Assembly (NCBI RefSeq): GCF_000400465.1
Contig: NW_008806281.1
Coordinates: forward strand, 120,001 to 152,000
Length of the DNA stretch: 32,000 nt
DNA from: Wallemia ichthyophaga EXF-994
Taxonomy: Eukaryota; Fungi; Basidiomycota
Reading direction: 5' to 3'
Shown: in pieces, positions 21,718 through 32,000 of the stretch
Position numbering within the stretch: position 1 is the stretch's first letter
Layout of the letters: every line of letters starts with the position of its first letter
The notes under the pieces: model-generated
What the model was told of the DNA's origin: nothing
Databases searched by the model: none
What the model saw: the letters and a program-made list of their open reading frames with translations, nothing else
Program-made: the position numbers and the translations under genes

Positions 21718-22900
21718 TGGATCAGAATCAGAATTTCAAAGTCGGTAGCCCAAATGTCTTCATCGAGGCTGCTAAGGATGCTCGTGAGTCTGCTATATTG
21801 CTGTGTCTTCTATTTTCTAACTCACCGGCAGTCTGGTCGCTACAAGCATGGCTCACCCAGTGTATGTCCAGCCGCACCAAAACTATCAATATAAACGGAA
21901 CTCAATATAATATCATAAAATACCTCTCAGAAGGCGCGTTCAGCTACGTGTATCTCGTCAGCGACGCGGACAACGTCTACGCGCTCAAGAAGATCACAAA
22001 CGGCGGCTTCGAAGGTGAAGTGGGATGCTACCAGCGATTCAAAAGCAAGTACATAATAAGTCTCCTCAACTACTCCATTCAAGATGGCGCTATCAACCTC
22101 ATCCTCCCCTACTTGAAGAAAGGCAACTTGCAGGACTATATCAATCTCAATTCCACCTTGGATGAGCGCATGTCGCTGCAACTGTTTAGTGGTGTGTGTC
22201 AGGGTGTGCAGGTGCTGCACAATCACTACCCCGCACACTCTCACTCCCGCTCTAGCTATCCTCCATCCTCAATTGACCAGGATGTCAACGACGAAGAGGG
22301 CGATCAACCTGGTCACGTCCCATACGCACACAGGGATATCAAACCAGGGTGGGTAGCCTTCGCCCACTATTACACCCCGCTGACCCAACTCATCCTCAAG
22401 GAATGTAATGCTCGCTGATGACGGCACACCCGTATTGATGGACTTGGGTAGCTGCATCAAGGCTAGAGTGCGCATTCATAACCGGTCACAAGCGCTCGTG
22501 CAGCAGGACATGGCAGCTGAGCACTCCTCTATGCCGTACAGGGCACCTGAGCTGTTCGATGTGAAATCGGATACCACTTTAGACGAGAAAGTCGACATAT
22601 GGGTGGGTGTTTATCGTAGCGAGGAATTTATCTTTCTGACATCAACAATAGTCTTTGGGTTGCACCCTCTATGCCCTCGCTTACTCTCACTCTCCATTTG
22701 AAGATCCAAAACAGGCCGCACAGGGTGGCTCTATTGCAATGGCTGCTCAGAGCGGCAGATTTACTTACCCTGCTAATGACACCCACTCGGATACATTCAA
22801 AGCAATTATAGAAGCTTGCTTGAAAATAGATCCTTCGAAAAGACCAACTATAAATCAACTCATCAGCATGACCGAACATGCCCTCAGTGTCGGTGTTTGA
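21718..22900 (+). CDS. ENV7: NAK-family Ser/Thr kinase, STK16/Env7-like (multi-exon; an alternative upstream ATG is at 21678)
   Basis: LSEGAFSYVYLV, YALKKI, YAHRDIKPG/NVML, LMDLGSC, AAEHSSMPYRAPELFDVK, KVDIW/SLGCTLYA, RPTI. The YAHRDIKP and EH.SMPYRAPELF motifs are typical of STK16/Env7. Confidence 0.87.
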
Positions 22901-23022
22901 GAGGCACTTCACATATGCACACGATGTCCACCTACTACACGTTTCAATCGCGATTAATATGTACTTTTACAAACCCAAATAAAAATGCACTATGATGCCA
23001 GAATGCCACTGCCCCTGCCACA

Positions 23023-24292
23023 CTAAAATCTAAATGGCCCCTGATTGCTCGATGATACACCCGGAGACAGCATACCGTTGTTGGTCGTGTATGGCGGTGG
23101 TGGAGACGTCGATGTATTCATCCCAAAAAACCCAGGCGACAGTCTCGGTGAGGGCATGTTAACGTTTGGAGATGTGATTGGAATGTGCATCTCCCCATCT
23201 TTGTCTGAATGCGGTTTGAATCGTTTAGGCAGCAGTCTGTCTAAAGTGCGAACTGCGAAACGAGAGCAACACCACACACCACCAATCAATGCCGTCAACC
23301 TGATGAGGAGCTTAGTGAATGACATAGTAGTTGCGTTCATTTGTAGATGAATTGGCTCGAGATCGTATCTGAAGAAAAGTCCCGGAATACCTCGCTGGTG
23401 GTTGCTGATGGTTTTAATATCCTCGCGTGCCGAGTACTGATTCGTCGAGAGAGAGTGCCCCGACGCGTCGACATACGTCGTTGGAACTACGTGCATGAAA
23501 TACTGGTATACTGGGAAATGGTTGTTTGAAATCTCGACACTTCTGTCGAGCGGCTGTGCTATGTAAGGGAAGTGCTGACCGAATGAGAATTCGTCGATAG
23601 TGTGAGAGAGGTTCATTACTGGGAAATATGTGAGTGTTTTACTTTTATGCAACAGCTCGACCAACATTTATGATCCGTGTGCTCCAGGCTGCTATAGCCA
23701 TGACCAAGAGTAGTGATATGCATGTTACCGTTGACCTTCTTGGTTTCGACGCTGCCGTAGAGTCTACATGCTGGACCATTCTTGATGGGTTTCTTGGTTT
23801 TCTTGAAACGATTACGCGTACCCGTAGGTCTGAACCACTTCCTGCCTTTCCTGCTATCCTTTACAATACGACTGAGGGTGCTCTGCTTGTCGTGGCCCAT
23901 CTGATGGTATTTCTCCGGCTCAAAGGTGGTACCATCCTTTTGTATTCTATCGCTCAGCTTCAGCCTGTCGCCTACAGCATCCCTTATGTCTACATTAAGG
24001 TAATGGCAGGGCATAGCGACTGTGAGATCGACGTTCAGTTGCATTTCTCTTTGTGTGGTGGTATCTACGCTGAATTGATATTCGTTGTGTCCATACAGCC
24101 ATTCGCCGATTTCATGAAACACAAGCAGCACTAAAGTAAATATAACAACCACTGTCGCTATCCCGCCCCGTTTCGAGCGTATCTGTGAATATGTGAGTTG
24201 TGTTGGCCGGTGATGTGTTTGCGTATACGCACCGTGTACGTCGGCTGCGTCTTGGGGAAAGCGTCAAATGTTCTCAACGGCGGCATCGACAT
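23023..24292 (-). CDS. ERV41: ER-Golgi vesicle protein Erv41/ERGIC2 (multi-exon)
   Basis: LRTFDAFPKTQPTY, LTVAMPC..L.VDIRDAVGDR, ACRLYGS...KKVNGNMHIT, NLSHTIDEFSFG, YQYFMHVVPTTY, PGLFFRYDLEPI, TALIGG. Confidence 0.88.
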
Positions 24293-24466
24293 TGCAGAGC
24301 TCATTTCAATTGATAGTCACCGTCGCGGTTCAAGGAGATAGCGGGCGCAACCAAGAATGCTACCGTTTAGCGCGTTTGATTGGAATGTTAGTTTTATTGA
24401 TAAATTTCATTTGACACGCATTCTCTCGTCTATCTTACAGCCATCTTATAGCCAAGTAGAGACGCT

Positions 24467-26142
24467 ATGGAATGGGAAGGCGAGGCTAGAATTAAAGGTC
24501 CAGAATGGCTACACAAGCCACTGCTCACATTTAGTCTTTTTGGCCTGCAGCTGGTTTGGAGCGTAGAGCTCTCAATGGCCAGCCCATATTTGCAATCCTT
24601 AGGCCTATCTAAAGCTTCTATATCTTCTGTCCTCCTAGCAGGGCCACTCAGTGGTCTAGTAATGCAGCCAACGATTGGTGCACTCGCAGACAGCACAAAG
24701 TGCAGATTCGGCAGAAGGAAGCCTTATATCATAGCTAGCGTGCTACTCAGTTCCCTGAGCATCCTCCTTCTCGGTTACAGTCGCAAAGTAGCTTCTATTT
24801 TCACCACTATCAACACTCAACCCAACGATGACCTCACTATTTACCTTGCTGTTCTTGCCGTATACCTCGTCGACTTTTCCATCAATGCAGTCCAAGCTGC
24901 CGATCGAGCACTCATCGTAGATACCCTGCCATCCTTTGAACAGGAAGGCGCAAATGCCTGGGCCAGTCGCATGATCGGTGTTGGTAGCTGCATCGGTTAC
25001 TTCATCGGCAACATCGACCTTACTAGATACCTTTCCATCTTGGGAGACACCCAGCTTGAAATTCTGTCATCACTTGTCGCTTTCTTTGTCGTGGTCACTC
25101 ATTTTCTCACGTGTTTTAGCGTGTCTGAGAGGATCCTCGTGAGAGACCAGGGCACAACCAGCATAAAGCAGGTATTCAAGACTCTCTTTACCACTAAACC
25201 ACCTCCCAGAGTACGCAAGTTGTGCATAATACAATTCTTCGCTTCAATGGGATGGTTCCCAGTCATGTTCTGGTCAACTTCTTACATTGGAGAGCTCTAT
25301 CTGGATGATAGTAGCCTGAGTGATGCTGATAGCCGGACAGCAGATGAGGCGACGCGAGTTGGTACGCGCGCCATGCTGTTTCAGGCTATCGTGTCTTTTT
25401 CAACCGCTGTCATACTCCCTACACTCATAATACCACTTGTCAAGCCCCAGGGAACTGTACAAAAGACCCGTAATACACTCTCGAAGCTCATAAAAAAGCT
25501 TTTACGGCCATCGCTATTGGATCTGTCTTCTGTGAGGGAATTGCGGCTGAAACGACACTCCAATTCTAACAATATTTGCAGATGTATACCATGTCTCACA
25601 TTGTCTTCGCGGTAGCCATCTTTAGTGCTAGCTTCTCGTCTTCTTACGTCGTTTCGTCGGCAATGGTTGCTGTTGTTGGATGCACTTGGGCGCTCGCCCA
25701 ATGGGCGCCTTTTTCTCTTCTAGGCGAGAGCATACTCTTGGATGCGAAGAATGGGGAAATAATGTACGATGCGGAAGACGTCGAAAGAGAAGTACTGTTT
25801 GATAGCAATAGTTCTAGCACCGAGCATTTGCATCCACCATTACCCCTCCAAGCCCCGCCAAACGCCATCGACGTCACTTCGTCAAGCCAAGCTGGTGTCA
25901 TGCTTGGTATACTGAACGTATCTACGGTCGTACCTCAGTTTTTGATTACTGCAATCTCGTCGTTTATCTTCTCCTTCATAGAGCCGAAGAAAAATGGTCT
26001 TGAGCATAGATCGGCTGGTGCTGATTTCGAAAACACTAATACAAGAGGTATAGGGATAATCATGCGGATAGGTGCATGCGCGGCACTCGTGGCGGCTATT
26101 TTGAGCTACAGATTTACCAAGGATAGGTTGTCTCGTAGATGA
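24467..26142 (+). CDS. MFS sucrose/alpha-glucoside transporter (SLC45/SUT1-like; 2 exons)
   Basis: GLQLVWSVE, LAGPLSGLVMQPTIGALAD, RFGRRKPYI, DFSINAVQAADRALIVD, WAPFSLLGE, GILNVSTVVPQ. Confidence 0.9.
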
Positions 26143-26254
26143 AGGCCATAATGAAACATGGATAAGTTGGATAATCTGTATAATTTAAGTACATTGATCA
26201 TTAAGGTATATATTGCGATGTTTCGTGCAACGTGTGTCGGTGCATTCTTCATTC

Positions 26255-26837
26255 TCAACTTTCAACCTCACTCTTCATACTCTCATTAATAGCGTATTCG
26301 GCAATCAAGCATAGTTCTTTGTACTGCAGCTCCTCTAAGACCTTCTTTGCTTCTGGGCTATTCGACAACTCTATCTCCTCCACCTTGTCGACCACCTTGG
26401 CTGGCTGAAGTTTAGCGTTATATACTTGCTGTAGCAGTGGATGCTTCACTCTCGCAAACCACCTGTACACAGTTCGTCAGCGTGGCGACTTTGACTTCGG
26501 ATGCAAATGAACCGACCATTTGGAATTCCAGAAATCACCTTCTCTCCTATGCACAATGGCATGCAAATAATCGAGCAACGAATCGCCTTGGTTCATTTCA
26601 GCGTAGTAGTGTGTGCTTTTTATATCGTCATTGAGCATGTGCAGTGCTGCGCAGGGGTAAGTCGGCTGTGCGAGAAATTCAAAGACCCCACTAACAAGCT
26701 TTTACATGAAAACTGGCAGCGAGTTTATCAATGTCGCCCGTTAGAGGCGGATAGTACACTTCTTGGTCGAGGTTGAGTGCCGGAAGCGGGTCGCGCTGTG
26801 ATAGTTGGTCGTATATCATTCGAACTGTTCTTGTCAT
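26255..26837 (-). CDS. Conserved hypothetical protein with LHMLNDD...HAIVHRREGDFWN motif (3 exons)
   Basis: Reconstructed from two GT-AG introns: MTRTVRMIYDQ...FHVKA/SLHMLNDDIKSTHYYAEMNQGDSLLDYLHAIVHRREGDFWNSK/WWFARVKHPLL... The ORF track shows only the last exon. Confidence 0.75.
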
Positions 26838-27946
26838 TATCCTTTTTTCTCGTATTCTCGACCCGGGGAAATTAGATTTCGGTGCGATGGTTGTCGAAGT
26901 AAAAGGAAAAGTTGTGTTGACACTTGTTGCACAGTGTAAACTTTCTTATTGGCTTTTCTTTAGGCTTTGATATAAGTTTGGTTTGCTCAATTTTTGCCCA
27001 CGTAAACCTGTTCTCCTGATTGAAATTCGAAATTCCAAAAGTCCGGTTTCCTATGAGGTCATTTCTTTCTGAGAAAAGTCACGTTAATTTTTGATCAATT
27101 TTGTTTGAAGCTATGCTATTATATGCTAGTATGGCTGCTTTATCTTTTATGAGTACCCCGACACAGGTGTCTCGGCGTGACTCGGAATTAATTAAGATGA
27201 AAGATTTGAGGACTCAGACCCAGACTCAGTTCCGGAACAATTCAAAGGGCTATAAATATGAAACAATTGGTTGATTGTCTCAGAAATTGGTTTGTTGGCT
27301 TATATCAGTCTTTCTAAAACTTTGATTGGCAAGCTGATCTCTTCATCACAGCTTTATTTCGACAACTTTTCCGCAACAGCAAATTGAAGCTAACTTGAAA
27401 CAACCTAAGTAGCTCTTTCTTTAAACTGATACCTCCTGATGATGATGATGATGATGAGATCTGATTATATTGTTAAGACGATACATGTTAGAAACTGCGT
27501 CATCAATACTTCTTATAGCATGAGGAGTCAAAAGGGGTGCTGAAATTACTGGAAGCTTTTCTTAATTCGTAATTCGTGAATTGTTGGTGATTCTCAATTA
27601 CGCTGAATCACCGGAGTATCTTTGGTACGTAGTCAATTGCGGTTTGAAGGATTCGTACAGGGCTTGTAGAGAGCGTGAATTTCTGTGTATTGATCCTAAT
27701 TCGAACCGAGTATTGATCTTGGTAATCTTTCTTCTTAATGTGATTCTGGCCATTTTATGTCTTTTGCAGACGAAAGTTCTATGGGAGATGTTGTCCTCTG
27801 TGCCACACGCACAGCATTGAGGCAAATTGATCAGTCGGAAACGGCCTGATACCTCCTTCGTCACGTATCTTAAACTATTATAAGGTCGATAATAATAACT
27901 GATAAACTTAAAATTTTACCAGCTAAGTTAGCGTAACGGTTCCACC

Positions 27947-28056
27947 GCGGCATGGGTCCGATGGTAAGATTCTATCTTAGGGTTAGTAGAAGTTGAGGCA
28001 AGCGCCTCCTTTTAATAAGCCTGATAGCGAACCGGGTTCGATTCCCGGGTGCCGCC
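27947..28056 (+). tRNA. Atypical tRNA-Pro(AGG)-like gene with a 39-nt intron (27983-28021)
   Basis: Acceptor GCGGCAT/GTGCCGC, C73; anticodon arm CTATC-TT-AGG-G[intron]T-GATAG; T arm CCGGG-TTCGATT-CCCGG; downstream T-runs. It deviates at G8, G14 and A15. Confidence 0.75.
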
Positions 28057-28924
28057 GTCTTTTTTATTTTTTTCTTTATTGAGTAACCCTAGACCTATGT
28101 GGCCTATTAGGACTGTGCGCAAGAAATTACTTTCCGATTATGTGCAAAGCCCAATGCCAGCAAATAAGCAATCAAGTCTGTTGACACGCTGCGTCATCTG
28201 TCGTTGAAGTCGAACGCGATCAAATAATATGGGCTGAGTTAACGCCAAGACCATCATCAGCCTGGGCGTAAAATGTCTCAGCCGGATATTGCAGCACAGT
28301 TGCACAATCAATAGCTTAGCTAACGCTGCATGAGTACCCTGCTCCCCACTCTCTGAAACCACTCACTTCTGTAACATGAAGATGGAACTAGATAGCGGAG
28401 TTTGGGTGTTGATAGCATTTAGTGAGCTCATATATGTTCTAACTCCAGATGGCTAAAATCAAAAATAGTAATCACAATCATTGTTTGCGTGTTTGGTATT
28501 GTCCTGGCAATGCTTCTCAAGCTGTATCTATTCAAGAAAAGTGGTGGACAGCATATTATCCCGGATGAGACAAGCACTCATGACAAAGAGATGGCAATGC
28601 ACTGTAGTGAAGATCTTCAGAATTCTACACTTATTCAAATCTTTAGAGACTTAGAATAAGTTATATTCGATGTACAAAAAGCAAAGAGTGAAGTGATGCC
28701 GGCGTGTATATCAGGAACTGTGATTAATTGATTTTGTTAGCATATGAGAGGCGTGTGTGTCATATCTGTGATTAAATCATCTCTTAAAGTATGAAGAGCC
28801 AATTTGTAGCTAGAACGGCTTCTTAGTATAAAGAAGAGTAATTTTAAGTGAAGTGAAATGACGTGGTCCGAGTGGTGTGTGTGGATGTGTGTTTATGTTT
28901 GCATTGTGGTGATTTGCAAAGCTA

Positions 28925-31005
28925 TCAATGTGCTTGCCCAATGGCACTGTCAATATAGAACCCTTGCAAACTATCTTCAATCGTCATCAGGTCGTTATCG
29001 TCAGACTCCTCGAGCTTGATATACGGTGAATGTGATTTGAACTTGTGTGAATGTAGGTCGTTAGGAGGCAGAGAATGTGGCGAGAATATTTCAGTATGAT
29101 ATAACTTGTCAGCTTCTGCACTTAGTATGTCGCCAGATGATAGCGAAATGCGCTCGTCTTGATCCGCCGAGCGCGGTGTGTGCGGTGTGTGCGGTGTGTG
29201 CGATGCATAAGCCATCCGTGGCGAGTATAGCGGGTGTACCAGCGAGTACAGCTGCTCTTCCCGCGCGGGCGGTATCGGCAATTCAATGTCCTTCGTGTCT
29301 GGTGTTTGGACGGCAGACGGAGGATTAGAATGGGAGTGGGAGTGGGAATGTAGAGAGCACGCTGCCTTTTGCAAGATCGAGACTTCATCTTCCGTGTCGA
29401 TAGTGCCAAGTGGCGTACCCAGCTCGACGACTTCTTCGCTCTCTTTTAACGAAGTGCCAGTTGGGGTTCCAAGCTCTTCGACTACATCATCTTGCTCGAT
29501 CTGTTCAAGATACCGCTCTTCCTGGGCAAATGAAGCACTCCTGTCATAGACACTCCGCATCACTCCTTCCTCCTCCCGAGGGTCTTCCGTGTGACGATGT
29601 AAATTTCCACTTTCATGTGAGTGAGTTGACGCTTTAGTTGATGAATAAGCTATCGACGTTTCGAATGAGTTTCTAGGCGTAGGTTGTTGGTTATCGTTAG
29701 CACCATAATTGAAAACACGGATAGGTTTGCGAGGGATGGAGAATTGGTCTGATTCGAAGGACATTTGGTGCCTAGGTTGCGGTCCCGAATTGAAGTGAAG
29801 AGGGAGCTGAACCTCTTCAACTGATATAATAGACTTGCATTCGGGTTGAGGGTGCTGTGGTTCGACGTGGTCTAAAGGTTGAGTGGGTTGAACAGCTTCG
29901 GTAGATTCAGTAAGTTCCTCTGTATTTTTCATACTGCGAAGAAGCGAAGAATGCCTTTTTTCAATGGATATCCCTCCACTTGTTCTTCTGCTTGCTCTCT
30001 CCCTCGCTCGTCCTCTTGATGGCAGTTGTTCACGTTCTTCGGTATTCTCTTCCTCGTGACTATCACCTAAAATCTTTGATTCACGTCTTTCTGGGGAGTA
30101 TCCTGAAGGGTCTTGAATTACATAATGTTCAGGGTTTGTTCGCGGCGTCTCAGAGTTGCCGAAGTTGCCGAGACTCTCGGCGGGAAACTGATGGGCACGA
30201 AGCATGCTAGAGTTCGAGGAAAGAGGCTGCCTTTCGGCCATAGATTCATCCTCTTCCTTGAGTGGTTCGACTGGAGAGATCGTAAGTTGGGAGTTGTGCA
30301 TATGGAACAACCACACTTACCAGTACTCAACCAAGCCTGTATAGGTTCCCAATCGTCGTGAATATCTTTCATTGGGTGCTCATTGATAGTGGGTATCTGA
30401 TCATTATCTGCAGCAACGGAGCTAAATCTTTGAGGTACGGCAAAATGAGTAGCCGGAGAAGTGGGCAGGCTGGACATGGATGGCTTCCTAAGGTTAGTCG
30501 ATGAAAAGGCCTTCCTTGGGAAATTGAATAGACTGAGCGTGTTCCTCTTCCGCACACCAGAAAATTGTGATTGAGAATGACTTGTATTTCTTTTAAGTGA
30601 TTGAATTGTATGCCAAAGAGAGGAGCTTCTCTTATCTGTTGATTTGTTTGAAGAAGAATGCTGACTTTGACTAGATTGTCGGTTTCGCAGCCGCTCTTGT
30701 TCCTGCTGCTGCTGCACGGTCAAACTCGATGCACGCGACGGCACCGGTGGTTGAGCTTCCGGCCTCACTAGCGATGACTGCCTGTTTGGTATATAAGAGG
30801 ACGGTAGTGGTACGTTGAATGTGTTTTTCGGTGGGTTTGATGTATCCTCGATGCTCTCGCTGCTCTCGCTTGGATCCCCATCCGAACCGGACGGCGGTGT
30901 GAGATCGCTGGGAGCAGGTGACGGTGTTCGCGATGCACTCTTTGGCCGTCTTGCAGATCGTTGTGGTCTCGCTGGCCTCTTCTGAGGCACCTCGAGATTG
31001 CTCAT
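28925..31005 (-). CDS. Large low-complexity Ser/Pro/Glu-rich hypothetical protein (2 exons)
   Basis: ORFs 30118..31005 and 28925..30316 join through a GTAAGT...CTCCAG intron near 30280-30328 (..WLST/VEPLKEE..). No domain was recognised. Confidence 0.7.
29173..29202. repeat. Coding 9-bp tandem repeat (GCGGTGTGT)x3, encoding HTPHTPHTP on the minus strand
   Basis: Directly visible in the sequence. Confidence 0.8.
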
Positions 31006-31158
31006 GGTGGAGGTGTAACTTCAAGTGGAAGGAGCGCGGAAAAACAAAGCGTTAATTTGGTCAATCAGGAACTCTGATGTTGTATATGTTAGTAGATCAT
31101 TTGGTGCTGGAGTGTAATCGCTACAAACGCGTATAACCGGTCTCTTAATCGTGCAGCC

Positions 31159-32000
31159 ATGACGCTCGGATATGCAAAGTTACAGGATGGACGGATAGAC
31201 GGTGCAGATGGTGCAGGTGGTGTGGACAGCACGCATGAGCCACCGCACACGATCCACTCCAACTGGAACAAGGCTGATGCAAATCTCGAGGAAATCACGC
31301 TGGACGATCTCAGCGAGCCAGTCGAGCCAGCGCCACTGAAGCGCTCCCTGATAGCCGGATGCGGGCCACTCGGGCGCAACTACACTCCCAGCTCCATCTA
31401 CGAGTCTGCGGCCCCCGTTGAAGCCGTCAAAGTGGCATTAGACAATGGTCGGTGGCGGCTTATAAACTGTGGAAATCGAACGCTCTCTCTTACATTGCAT
31501 ACACAGGTGTGCGTGCTTTCGATAACGCCCCTCACTACGCACCCGCCGAAGCCGTTCTCGGCCGGGCGCTTAACATCCTCGAGCCATTGCACCCGAGGCA
31601 CACATACACGCTCATCACCAAAGTCGGTCATTACGGCGATGAGGTCAATTACAGTGAGGCGCGTATTCACGAATCTCTCCGCAGATCGTTTGCATATCTC
31701 AACACGGACTACCTAGATATCGTCTACCTCCACGATGTCGAGTTCGTAGCGGAGGCGATAGCTGATATCAACGAGGCTGGTCAGCCAACAAGAGTGCTCG
31801 ACAATCTCCAAAAGTACAATTTGACTGGTGAGCCGAGGATACTGGGCAAGGGCGACGAAGAGGTGCTCAACGCCCTACGGATACTCAACGGGTATAAGAA
31901 AAAAGGCAAAATACGCAATATAGGCGTTTCCGCACTACCCTTACCAACACTGCTGCGTGTTTCTAGGTTGGCTATTAGCCACCTCGGAAAAGATTCACTG
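31159..32000 (+). CDS. Aldo-keto reductase, Ara2/L-galactose dehydrogenase-like; truncated by the window end
   Basis: GCGPLG, then spliced G/VRAFDNAPHYAPAEAVLGRAL, TKVGHYG, DYLDIVYLHDVEF and KGKIRNIGVS. Intron near 31448-31508. Confidence 0.85.

Noticed and set aside
27437-27456. (GAT)n microsatellite
   Set aside because: An ordinary short simple repeat in intergenic DNA.
27977-27986. TTAGGGTTAG (minus strand CTAACCCTAA), a perfect telomerase-template-like decamer, in a window that also has an Est1-like gene
   Set aside because: TTAGGG is simply the anticodon loop of tRNA-Pro(AGG), and only four intron bases extend it. I saw no pseudoknot or other telomerase RNA features. It would need a minus-strand transcript to revisit.
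499-31670. The many 60-160 aa antisense or alternative-frame ORFs overlapping recognised genes
   Set aside because: They are shadow ORFs of real coding exons with no recognisable motifs.
1-32000. CRISPR arrays, rRNA, snRNA or an intact transposon
   Set aside because: No regularly spaced repeats, no U1-U6 or 5S signatures recognised, and no transposase or reverse transcriptase motifs. The DNA is clearly eukaryotic.

Overview
Gene-dense, intron-containing fungal DNA. The ~45-55 nt introns with GTRAGT/GTGCGT donors and CTAAC/CTGAC branch sites, and the very short intergenic gaps, suggest a compact basidiomycete genome such as Wallemia; that assignment is an inference. About 20 housekeeping or hypothetical genes are recognisable: PEX16, DCR2-like phosphoesterase, PCL cyclin, Est1/SMG-like, ankyrin protein, QRI7, BBP/MSL5, CDC23, UBC8, crotonase, ENV7/STK16 kinase, ERV41, SUT1-like transporter and an aldo-keto reductase. 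They are interrupted by three gene-poor, more AT-rich patches at about 6.75-7.5, 9.0-15.7 and 26.85-28.9 kb. Main observations: (1) a near full-length, intron-retaining Argonaute pseudogene with 6 internal stops and 3 frameshifts, but an intact D-E-D-H slicer tetrad; (2) a structurally deviant tRNA-Pro(AGG)-like gene (G8, G14, A15) with fully paired acceptor, anticodon and T stems; (3) a predicted U2-type AT-AC first intron in UBC8 and a GC-AG first intron in the branchpoint-binding protein gene; (4) an intact pseudokinase-like orphan gene, a decayed small membrane-protein gene, and divergent gene pairs whose start codons are only about 25 bp apart. All exon boundaries were inferred by eye.
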